Assembly: GCA_963582685.1 (NCBI GenBank)
Contig: CAUZSM010000001.1
Span: forward strand, 1-37,705
Source: Candidatus Thalassarchaeaceae archaeon
GTDB taxonomy: Archaea > Thermoplasmatota > Poseidoniia > Poseidoniales > Thalassarchaeaceae
Reading direction: 5' to 3'
Length of the DNA stretch: 37,705 nt
Under the pieces are notes generated by a model that searched no databases, was not told the origin of the DNA, and was given only the letters and a program-made list of their open reading frames with translations. The translations under genes were made by a program, and so were the position numbers. Of the stretch, positions 1-8,164 are shown in pieces (position 1 is the first letter of the stretch; every line of letters starts with the position of its first letter).

Positions 1-1
1 G

Positions 2-199
2 CGCAAAATGTTCATGCATATTGCTGTAGTATTCGGGCTGTTCTCTGCCCTGGGTGGTCTGCGAATCGTCACACTCGGTGATGCATCAGATCTGGTTTAC
101 GTCTCACATGCGCTTCTGCTCATCATCGGCGGCAAGTTCACCTTCGTCTGCGTGAAGTCGTTCATCTGGGCTAGAAAGCAGCGTGAGGCGGCCGAATAG
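2..199 (+). CDS. Possible 3' end of a membrane protein, or a 63-aa small membrane protein starting at ATG 8
   Basis: The frame is open to the window edge. There are two hydrophobic segments (IAVVFGLFSALGGL, ALLLIIGGKFTFV). No recognisable family. Confidence 0.25.
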   Translation, partial: RKMFMHIAVVFGLFSALGGLRIVTLGDASDLVYVSHALLLIIGGKFTFVCVKSFIWARKQREAAE

Positions 200-262
200 G
201 CCAATCGGCGGCGAGCCGAAGCCCTTGAAGCATAAGCGGCCGGCCGTTGGTGCGGTGAGGCT

Positions 263-1333
263 GTGAGTAGGGGCGAGGCTTTCTGTGTCGCATGTGGTGC
301 ACCGCCACCGCATTCGTCGGGTAGATTGTGTGAATCCTGCTTCCGCATTCGCAATACACTATCCGAGTGTGATGAGACCACACAGGCCAATCGTTGCCCT
401 AAATGTTCCATGTATCTTGAGTCGGGGAGATGGGGCCATCTTTCCGATGATAAACTTCACGAGTATCGTGTTAATGACGCGCTGCGCATACATGAGAAAG
501 CGGAGGCTATTGAGATTGCATTCGTGGCAGAAATACTTGATGACAGAGCGGCTCGTGCCTCAATCCAGGTCCGTGGTTTTCTAGACGACTTCGAGTTCAG
601 CGATGAGCATCAACTGTTGATTCAAACCTCTAACATGGTCTGTCTGACCTGCACCCGCCGCGCTGGCAACTACTTCGAGGCAATTGTGCAACTGCGCTCC
701 TCAGGTAGGAAACTCTCCGAGGATGAACTGAATGTAGTCCGAGCCAGCCTCGACGAAATGATGGCTGAGATGGAACCGGACCCGATGTTCTTCATCACCA
801 AGGAAGGAACAGTTGTCGGTGGCTGGGATGTCACTATGGGTAGCAAGGCGTTGGCCCGCTCTTGGGGGCGACACATGGTCAACCGCTGGGGTGGACACAT
901 CAAGGAGACCAATACCATAGTCGGACAGAAGGATGGTAACGACGTGACACGACTGACCTTGCTGTATCGCAAACCCGGCTACGATGTCGGCGACGTCATC
1001 CGCTTCCGAGAGGCGCACTGGCTGGTTCAATCTTGGCAGAAGGATGGACCTTTGCTGCTGGCTCTAGATCACAACGAGAAGACCGGGGCGTCGTGGCGGG
1101 ACCTTGAGAAAACCGTCGTCGCATGTCGTTGGGTAGAGCAAACTGAAGTCGATATACTGAATCGCGACACTTCTGTTGCTGAATTCATGGACCCTAATGA
1201 CTTCCGCATGCGCTCAGTGAGGCTTCCTCACGATGATAATGGCAAACAGTCGCGGTTACGCGTCGGTTGGGTCATAGATGAGTGGGTTGCAATACCACAG
1301 GTGCGCAATCCCGATGAAGTGAGCGGGTCCTGA
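263..1333 (+). CDS. NMD3 family protein (archaeal homolog of the 60S subunit export/maturation adaptor)
   Basis: N-terminal paired Cys motifs (CVACG, CESC, CPKC, CLTC) are followed by the NMD3-like segment YFEAIVQLR. GTG start at 263; the first CxxC leaves no room for a later start. Confidence 0.7.
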   Translation: MSRGEAFCVACGAPPPHSSGRLCESCFRIRNTLSECDETTQANRCPKCSMYLESGRWGHLSDDKLHEYRVNDALRIHEKAEAIEIAFVAEILDDRAARASIQVRGFLDDFEFSDEHQLLIQTSNMVCLTCTRRAGNYFEAIVQLRSSGRKLSEDELNVVRASLDEMMAEMEPDPMFFITKEGTVVGGWDVTMGSKALARSWGRHMVNRWGGHIKETNTIVGQKDGNDVTRLTLLYRKPGYDVGDVIRFREAHWLVQSWQKDGPLLLALDHNEKTGASWRDLEKTVVACRWVEQTEVDILNRDTSVAEFMDPNDFRMRSVRLPHDDNGKQSRLRVGWVIDEWVAIPQVRNPDEVSGS

Positions 1334-1342
1334 GGTGTTCTG

Positions 1343-2416
1343 ATGAGTGGTGAGGACTCTGGTGGCATGGCAGCTCTGGCTGCGAAACTCGATGCTTCCG
1401 ATATGCTCGGTCATTTGCGAAATTACCCCTCTGACCTCGCCGCTGCTTGGGACCGAGCGGCCGCTTGGGATTTGGCCGCGGTGGAAGGTCGAAACTTCCG
1501 TGGTGTTCTCTGTCTTGGCATGGGCGGCTCCGCTTCTGGTGGGGATTTCCTCGCCGCCCTCTCTGATGCAGAGGGTTGTCTGCCTTTCATCGCTTGGCGC
1601 TCTTACGGAGCACCGACTTGGCTGAGCGATGAGTGGCTGGTTCTAGCCACCTCATATTCTGGCAATACGGAGGAAACACTCAACGCGGTTGATGCCGCAC
1701 TGGAACTTGGCTGCTCAGTCATCGGCCTGTCAAGCGGAGGTGCGCTTGCATCAACGATGGAAGCAGCTGCCGGCAGCGGCGCATCCGCCTGCTGGATTCC
1801 GCTACCAGGAGGCCAGCCGCCGCGCTCAGCCTTTGGTCACATTTTCGGCTCACAGGTCGCCATTGCATGGCGGCTCGGAATAATGACCCAACCAGAAGAT
1901 GCCGAGAGCATTCTCAAGCACCTCGTCGATGCGGTTGAGGCATGCGATTTCACCGTTGAGGATTCCGAAGATTGCGTAGTAACTGAGATGGCTGAATCGC
2001 TGGCCGGTTCCGAGGTCTCGGTACTCGCCGCTGACTCAATCTCACCAGTCGCATATCGCTGCGCCTGCCAACTAAACGAAAACGGCGGCGTATTCGCAAG
2101 ACCACAGGTGATTCCCGAGATGAACCACAACGAGGTGGTCGCTTGGGCAGACGAGGGTAACGCGGAACAGGCGCTAATCCTGTTCACTTGGGACGGAGTT
2201 CACGAGAGGGTGGACAAGCGCATCGAGTGGTTCACAAATTCAATTGAAACTGACCCTGCGTGGGGCATCGTCTGTGAGGGTGATTGCCTGCTTGAAGCGA
2301 TGTTGTATTCGGTGGTAATCATGGATTGGCTGTCTTGTGCAGTCGCACTACTGCGTGGTAAGGATCCGACTGCGATTGGGCCGATTAACGACCTGAAATC
2401 CTACCTCGACGACTAG
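1343..2416 (+). CDS. Bifunctional phosphoglucose/phosphomannose isomerase (SIS domain)
   Basis: SIS-type motif GMGGSASGGDF, then SYSGNTEET. Length and layout are typical of archaeal/bacterial PGI/PMI. GAGGTG lies upstream of the ATG. Confidence 0.7.
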   Translation: MSGEDSGGMAALAAKLDASDMLGHLRNYPSDLAAAWDRAAAWDLAAVEGRNFRGVLCLGMGGSASGGDFLAALSDAEGCLPFIAWRSYGAPTWLSDEWLVLATSYSGNTEETLNAVDAALELGCSVIGLSSGGALASTMEAAAGSGASACWIPLPGGQPPRSAFGHIFGSQVAIAWRLGIMTQPEDAESILKHLVDAVEACDFTVEDSEDCVVTEMAESLAGSEVSVLAADSISPVAYRCACQLNENGGVFARPQVIPEMNHNEVVAWADEGNAEQALILFTWDGVHERVDKRIEWFTNSIETDPAWGIVCEGDCLLEAMLYSVVIMDWLSCAVALLRGKDPTAIGPINDLKSYLDD

Positions 2417-3027
2417 TAGAGTTGGCCGAGAACCAACTGAGGGTCGGGGAAATCGAACAGCGCCTGCTCTCGGTCAGCCTCGCTGACCACTCCGGGCAGG
2501 TCGTGCGTCTGTGGTTCGATGAATGAAAGTTGGAAGTGGAGATGGGGAGGCCAGCCTCCGTTCTCATGCTCCGCACCAAACCACCCAATGACTTCGCCGG
2601 CCTTGATGTGGGGGTTTGCCCTCTCGGCCGCAGCCTGTGTGGAAGCCGCATCGAGGTGTCCATACAAAGCCCATAGCGGGACTCCGTCAATCTGTTGTCG
2701 CGTGATGATAATGTGGCCATAATCGCCGTCTGCAGGATTGTAGCCAAAATGACTGATTTCACCATCGGCGAATGCCATCACCGGGGTGCCGATGGGGCCG
2801 CCGATGTCGATTCCAACGTGGATGACTCGGTTATCGGCGAATAATTCGGTGGTGTAACAGGCTCGCTTCTCGTCATAACGGCCGATGCTCCACTCACTGG
2901 TACGACCACCCACCACTACACCCTCGGGCTCTGGACCTGAAAGGTCGAGGACGTCATATTGCTGTGGAATATGCACGACTGGGAGCCAATCATGAGCAGA
3001 GAAATCGATGCCTCTTACCGCTGCCAT
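2413..3027 (-). CDS. M23 family metallopeptidase (LytM-like), no signal peptide
   Basis: HxxxD motif (HVGIDIGG), LYGHL, and HxH motif (PPHLHFQL). Start placed at ATG 3027, which has AGGAGGT 5 nt upstream. The longer ORF to 3141 uses TTG and abuts the divergent gene at 3143. Confidence 0.7.
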   Translation of the reverse strand: MAAVRGIDFSAHDWLPVVHIPQQYDVLDLSGPEPEGVVVGGRTSEWSIGRYDEKRACYTTELFADNRVIHVGIDIGGPIGTPVMAFADGEISHFGYNPADGDYGHIIITRQQIDGVPLWALYGHLDAASTQAAAERANPHIKAGEVIGWFGAEHENGGWPPHLHFQLSFIEPQTHDLPGVVSEADREQALFDFPDPQLVLGQLY

Positions 3028-3142
3028 CGTCGACCTCCTGTAATCGCTATGAGCAGCCGGCTGATGACCACTTCGCTCATTGAATTGAGCCATCGACATT
3101 GATGAAAGGGAGGAACATACCGCCTCATACAGAGGCGGCAAT

Positions 3143-5656
3143 ATGGAAGGCGGATTCCTGACCGTTGTTTACCACATCATTCTCGGCTCTGCCTTGCTGA
3201 TGGGCTTGGGAATGATTCCAGGCCTTGCACTCATTCGAGCACTTGACCCGGGTGCTGACCGGCTTCGTCAGGTGATGTTAGCACCCGCTGCCAGCCTGCT
3301 GTGTGTATTCGGCATTGCAGGCTGGACCGTAGTGCTGCGTGGTGAACACAACGCCGTGGCGCTACTGACAGTTCTGGTTGTGGTCAATGCTCTGTCAGCC
3401 ACCGTGTTTTGGCAACGCGACATAGTCCGTGTTCGTCGCCTATCTGCTTGGGAACGGCTGGAGGAGATTGCTGCGGCCGCTGAATCCGAAGGAGGAGATA
3501 CCACCACGTTGGAAGAAGATGTAGCGGCAGAGAAAGCCCACTCGTCTTTGCTTGAGCAAGGTCGCCCACAGTGGTTGATTCCAGCGATGGTAATTGCAGG
3601 ATTGGTCTGCATTAGCCCATTGTTCATCTTTGAGAGGCCAATGGGTGTGGATTGGCTTGGATTCGCTACCTTGTCACATCGTCTAGCAACGGTGGGAACT
3701 CTTGAGTTACCTTCTCCATCCAGTGGATTCTGGTCATATCCACCCGCATTTCCTGCTTTGGCTGCAATGCTGGAAGAAGTTCTCGGTTTTTCACCATCTG
3801 ACAGCATCCATCTTCTGGGACAAATCTCACTACTCGCAGTCATCTTTGGTGTGGCCGGAGCTGCCGACCGCTGGGGAGCAAGCGGCCACACCCTGATTGC
3901 ACTCGCTCTGGCTCCGGCCATTTTCGCCAAAGCCTTCGATTCAGGCTATCCGACCGTCGCCAGTCAACTTGGACTGGTACTCGGCCTGTTGGTGCTGGTC
4001 AAACCGCCGAGAGAACGCAGAAAATGGCAAGACCTTGTTTTCGCATTTGGAATTGCTTTTGTCGGGGTGATTCACCCGACTGGGAGCCTGTACCTAGGTA
4101 CACTACTCATCGCTTGGATGTGTGCTCATCGCTTCTCAGCACAGAAAGAAGATTCCCATTCCGGACGATTGGCAATCCTCAGCGCAGTGGTGCTCGGCTC
4201 GGCTGTGGTCATCACTTTGGGAGCCTTCGCACCACGAATGCTGGAGAACCCTGTATTCGCAGAATATGGGTGGCAGGGCGGTTTACCCTTCCTCGCCTTC
4301 AACGGACCACTCATCATCGGTCTGGGTGGATGGGCATTATGGCGTTGGCGAAACTCGTTTGAGGTCTGGTTGCTCACCCTGTGGCTGATACTGCAATTCA
4401 TCCTCACCTTCGTGCATTTCTTCGATGGACTGGTCGGACTCTCAGTGCTATCTTTGGTCGCATATATGCTGTACTCGATGGCATTGCATGGCTTCCACGT
4501 GCCGCTCGCCGTTTTGGTCGGAATTCTGCTGGCGAGGAATCCACGATTGACTGCAAGATTACGTGAAATCGGAATTGCAAAGGCACAGTCAGACGATGCT
4601 GGAGAATATGTGGTGGATGAAGATGAGACGACTACGGTGATTCACATCGAAGAAAGTGACGCGGAATACATCGAACTTGAACTTCCTGAACCTGTACAGG
4701 ATAACTGGCTGAAAGCGGCGGCGGCTATCGCCATCGTCGCCATACTTTTCGCACACTCTGTTGCCTTCGGGATGGCACAGCACCCCGAACTTGAGGTGCA
4801 AACACCGGGAGATCGGCAACTTTCAGATGCATTGTATGACCTTGATGCAGGTTCAATTGTCTACGTTGAAACGGCGCACTGGGGCATTCGATACGACGCA
4901 CCGATGGATATCGGTATCACTTCCTTCCCATCGCTTGGACTGCTTACTGTGAACAGTCATATTCAGTGGAAAGTGGAAAGAGCCATCATACTGGATAATG
5001 CTCCTGTCGTCGCTTCTTATGGCGTGACCCACGCACTTACCTCACCCCGAGGTCAAATTGGATTCGTGCTGGCTCAAAGCCCGCATTGGATACTGTTGGC
5101 GAATGAGGGCGGCAGTCGCCTATGGAGTTTCGATGCCTCGCCAAGCGATGTGCACACCAGCACATACACCTTCCCAGACTCAGAGAATTGCTGGCTGGTC
5201 TCCGATTCCGAATCCGCTGCTTGCGAATACCGCGATGAGCCGTGGTGGGATTCCGACACCAACCACATTGGATACGGGCAGCAGAGTGTTCCGTTCATCA
5301 CAGAAGGAGAAATGCTCCTACGAGTTATGGATGAGGAACGCAGTCATCGCGACGTCGATGTACGAGTATTCGTGCAATATTCGGCTCCAATAGGTCTTGA
5401 TGTCAGTGTTTCAGCGTGTTTCGATAGCAACCGCGAAGACTGCACCACAATACGAGAACAATCGACAAGTGGTGGAATGAGTACCATCGAATTGCTGTTG
5501 CACACCCCTGCTGTGAGCGAGGAAATGTGGTTGACAGTCACGGTAGATGGCGGCGGTGATACCTTCCTCAATCCGGCAGGGCTCTCGGGTAGGGGTGACC
5601 GAATTGTCGACGAATCGGGGCTTTGGCTGCATTGGGTAGAGGTGAGGGACCTATGA
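3143..5656 (+). CDS. Large polytopic membrane protein with a roughly 270-aa C-terminal soluble domain; candidate GT-C-type glycosyltransferase
   Basis: Many predicted TM helices occupy the first ~560 aa, followed by a hydrophilic domain. Its stop overlaps (ATGA) the start of a GT2 dolichyl-phosphate-sugar synthase-like gene. The function is inferred from architecture and context only. Confidence 0.4.
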   Translation: MEGGFLTVVYHIILGSALLMGLGMIPGLALIRALDPGADRLRQVMLAPAASLLCVFGIAGWTVVLRGEHNAVALLTVLVVVNALSATVFWQRDIVRVRRLSAWERLEEIAAAAESEGGDTTTLEEDVAAEKAHSSLLEQGRPQWLIPAMVIAGLVCISPLFIFERPMGVDWLGFATLSHRLATVGTLELPSPSSGFWSYPPAFPALAAMLEEVLGFSPSDSIHLLGQISLLAVIFGVAGAADRWGASGHTLIALALAPAIFAKAFDSGYPTVASQLGLVLGLLVLVKPPRERRKWQDLVFAFGIAFVGVIHPTGSLYLGTLLIAWMCAHRFSAQKEDSHSGRLAILSAVVLGSAVVITLGAFAPRMLENPVFAEYGWQGGLPFLAFNGPLIIGLGGWALWRWRNSFEVWLLTLWLILQFILTFVHFFDGLVGLSVLSLVAYMLYSMALHGFHVPLAVLVGILLARNPRLTARLREIGIAKAQSDDAGEYVVDEDETTTVIHIEESDAEYIELELPEPVQDNWLKAAAAIAIVAILFAHSVAFGMAQHPELEVQTPGDRQLSDALYDLDAGSIVYVETAHWGIRYDAPMDIGITSFPSLGLLTVNSHIQWKVERAIILDNAPVVASYGVTHALTSPRGQIGFVLAQSPHWILLANEGGSRLWSFDASPSDVHTSTYTFPDSENCWLVSDSESAACEYRDEPWWDSDTNHIGYGQQSVPFITEGEMLLRVMDEERSHRDVDVRVFVQYSAPIGLDVSVSACFDSNREDCTTIREQSTSGGMSTIELLLHTPAVSEEMWLTVTVDGGGDTFLNPAGLSGRGDRIVDESGLWLHWVEVRDL

Positions 5657-6429
5657 AATCCAAGCGATTCCATCAAGAGGGAGCAGGGGAACCGAAGTCT
5701 GTGCGAGGCCTAACTATCCTCCTACCGACCCTCAACGAGGCGCAATCCCTTCCCACGGTAGTCGATGCATTGCCACTCGACCGGTTGCGGGAAGCAGGAT
5801 GGAGCCCACGTATCGTTGTCGCCGATGGAAAAAGCACCGACGGTACCATCGAATTGGCTCAGAATCTTGGTTTGGAGGTAGTCGTTCAATCTCTGGGAGC
5901 GGGGAAGGGCTTTGGAATGCGTGAGGCATTCGCTCGCTTCCTCGCCAGTGGCGATGATTCTCTGGTCATGTTAGACCCCGATGGAACCTACGACCCTGCC
6001 GATGTTGCCCGCATGCTTGAGCACTTGGAGCGTGGTGGGTATGACGTGGTGATTGGCAGTCGGCTACGCGGTGACATCCGCCAAGGGGCCATGTCTCGCT
6101 TCAACTACATCGGCAACCACATTCTGACTTGGACCGCAGTCGCTCTTTACCACCTCTACATCAGCGATGTTTGTACTGGGTACTGGGCCTTCAAGAAAAA
6201 CGCCATCAAGCAGATGCAGTTGAATTCCAAGGCATTCGAGATTGAGGCTGAGATGTATACCGCTTGCGCACACGAGAAGTTGAGGTTAGGAGAGATCCCA
6301 ATCCGCTACGACAGTCGCATCGGCGGTGACACCAAACTCGGTTCGGTAGGTGACGGTGCGCGAATATTGCGCAAATTGCTGGTGCGCCGACTATTCCGCA
6401 GACCGGTTAACCAGTCGAATGGTAACTGA
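5653..6429 (+). CDS. Family 2 glycosyltransferase (dolichyl-phosphate mannose/glucose synthase-like)
   Basis: LTILLPTLNE N-terminus, DGKSTDGT, and MLDPDG (DxD-like). ATG 5653 overlaps the upstream stop (ATGA) and is preceded by GAGGTGAGGG. Confidence 0.75.
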   Translation: MKSKRFHQEGAGEPKSVRGLTILLPTLNEAQSLPTVVDALPLDRLREAGWSPRIVVADGKSTDGTIELAQNLGLEVVVQSLGAGKGFGMREAFARFLASGDDSLVMLDPDGTYDPADVARMLEHLERGGYDVVIGSRLRGDIRQGAMSRFNYIGNHILTWTAVALYHLYISDVCTGYWAFKKNAIKQMQLNSKAFEIEAEMYTACAHEKLRLGEIPIRYDSRIGGDTKLGSVGDGARILRKLLVRRLFRRPVNQSNGN

Positions 6430-6546
6430 CAATTACAGCCGGCTGATGACGATGCAATGGCGACAATTGGGGTAGAATCATGATTCTGCCCTGAAGTGTT
6501 GGCTGAATGCTTATAGTCGCTTCAATGGCGTAATACATTGATTGAG

Positions 6547-7182
6547 ATGCTTGCGAGGATGCTGATTAAGATTGACCGCCGACTCGATTTCATCGTAATC
6601 CTATACCTGTTTCTCACCATTTTCTGGTTGCTCAATGGGCTTGATAAATTCTTCAACGGAGAGGACATCGTAAACATGGCTGATTATGCACAGAAGTATG
6701 CTATTGTGGATACAAATGGAACGGTCGTGTACGAAGTTCAGGGTATGAATCCCGATGGCTGGTTCGGAGTCAATCGCAATGCCCAGACAATCGGATACTT
6801 TGAGCGGCTAGGCATGCCAGCGAGTTGGGCACTTGGCTCGCTGTACGGTATCGCTGTAATCGAGGTCCTGCTTGGACTCGCCTTCTTCTCGATTCTGTTC
6901 TACAAGCCCTTGCCCGCTAAGGCAATGGAACAAGCACTTGAGGAGAACCGCCTCTTTGCGACGCAAACCATTCATCGACTCGCCTTCAAGGTGAGTTGTC
7001 TCATCTTCGTGAGTTTCATCACAATGGACATCTTATTCGGCGACCGGACCGAATTATGGGAGCATGGAACTTTCCTGATCCTTACCGCAATGACATACCG
7101 ATTCTACATCGACCACGAGCAAATTGAGGCGGTCGAAGAGGAGCAACTCGCAGTTGGTAAGGAGGTTGCCGACGCTACCTAG
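6547..7182 (+). CDS. Hypothetical integral membrane protein (about 4 TM, weak DoxX-like impression)
   Basis: Hydrophobic helices (FIVILYLFLTIFWLLNGLDKF, GIAVIEVLLGLAFFSILF, VSCLIFVSFITMDILF). ATG at 6547; a TTG at 6538 is also possible. Confidence 0.45.
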   Translation: MLARMLIKIDRRLDFIVILYLFLTIFWLLNGLDKFFNGEDIVNMADYAQKYAIVDTNGTVVYEVQGMNPDGWFGVNRNAQTIGYFERLGMPASWALGSLYGIAVIEVLLGLAFFSILFYKPLPAKAMEQALEENRLFATQTIHRLAFKVSCLIFVSFITMDILFGDRTELWEHGTFLILTAMTYRFYIDHEQIEAVEEEQLAVGKEVADAT

Positions 7183-8138
7183 TCGAGCAATTGTCGCAAT
7201 CCATCCTCAAGACTCACAGATGAAGTCCAGCCGATGGCAGAGTGCAAGGCCTGACCATCGCCCACGCTTTCACGCGGGTCACCTTGGCGTGGCGGCTCGT
7301 TGACCACTTCCAGAGATTTACCAAGCGCATTGCCAAGGGTGCTGATAATCTGGTTAAGACTGGTGGAATGACCGCTGCATGAGTTGAATGGACGACCGTG
7401 ACAGGGTGAGGCTTCTCCTTTCTCGACTAGCGAGGATGCCACAGCACACAGCGAAGATACAATGTCTGAAACATGGATGTAATCGCGGGTTTGCTCACCG
7501 TCACCGTACACCGTCAGAGGCTGTCCTGCCTGCGCTCGGTTGGTGAAAATCGTCAAAACACCACTGTAGGATGATGTTGGGTCTTGTCCGGCCCCATAGA
7601 TGTTGAATGGCCGAATTACTGAGAGAGGGAGGCCGCTCTCCGCCATCGCAAGGATTGCAGCGTCGGCCTCTGCCTTGTGTGAGCCATAGGTGCCAATCGG
7701 AACCTGTGGATGATTCTCATCGATGGGGATGATGGTCGGCTCTCCGTAGATGGCTGCGCTACTGACGAAGATGAATGCAGAGACGCCAGCCTGACGTGCC
7801 TCACGAGCCAACTCGATAGCGGCGGCGCGGTTCACCGCTGCGCTCAACTCGGGATTCTCCTCGCACAGTGGAACTGAAGCGATTGCGGCAAGATGCAATA
7901 CTACTTCGGCTCCATCAAGTGCCTCTGCGCGCGTTTCTGCATCTGTCACGCTACCTTCGATGAGGGCGGCACGTGAGTTGAGATGGTCGGTGGTGCCGTT
8001 GGACAGGTCATCGAGAACAACCACATCCGCACCGCCTGCGACAAGTGCATCGACCAGATGGGTGCCGACGAAACCGGCTCCGCCGGTCACTAATACACGA
8101 CGCCCGGTCATAGTGGAATCTGAAGTCATCTGAACCAT
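7179..8138 (-). CDS. NAD-dependent sugar epimerase/dehydratase (UDP-glucose 4-epimerase-like SDR)
   Basis: Rossmann motif VLVTGGAGFVGTHL and catalytic YGSHK (YxxxK). The start could be 8138, 8129 or 8111. Confidence 0.8.
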   Translation of the reverse strand: MVQMTSDSTMTGRRVLVTGGAGFVGTHLVDALVAGGADVVVLDDLSNGTTDHLNSRAALIEGSVTDAETRAEALDGAEVVLHLAAIASVPLCEENPELSAAVNRAAAIELAREARQAGVSAFIFVSSAAIYGEPTIIPIDENHPQVPIGTYGSHKAEADAAILAMAESGLPLSVIRPFNIYGAGQDPTSSYSGVLTIFTNRAQAGQPLTVYGDGEQTRDYIHVSDIVSSLCAVASSLVEKGEASPCHGRPFNSCSGHSTSLNQIISTLGNALGKSLEVVNEPPRQGDPRESVGDGQALHSAIGWTSSVSLEDGLRQLLD

Positions 8139-8164
8139 GACTTGCGGGCATTGCCCTTAGTCAT

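Noticed and set aside
97-411. Overlapping minus-strand ORFs (104, 69 and 70 aa) at the window start
   Set aside because: They are antisense to the partial membrane ORF and to the NMD3 5' end. Their Arg/Ser/Ala-rich composition and lack of motifs point to spurious ORFs.
3028-3141. A longer M23 peptidase N-terminus starting at TTG 3141
   Set aside because: A TTG start one base from the divergent gene's ATG leaves no promoter space. An internal ATG at 3027 has a strong AGGAGGT upstream.
5243-5251. A WWD tripeptide as evidence that the 837-aa membrane protein is an AglB/STT3 oligosaccharyltransferase
   Set aside because: The motif reads WWDSD rather than WWDYG and lies about 140 aa after the last TM helix. 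No DK/MI-type motif was recognised. This is insufficient for an AglB call and is kept only as a point to check.
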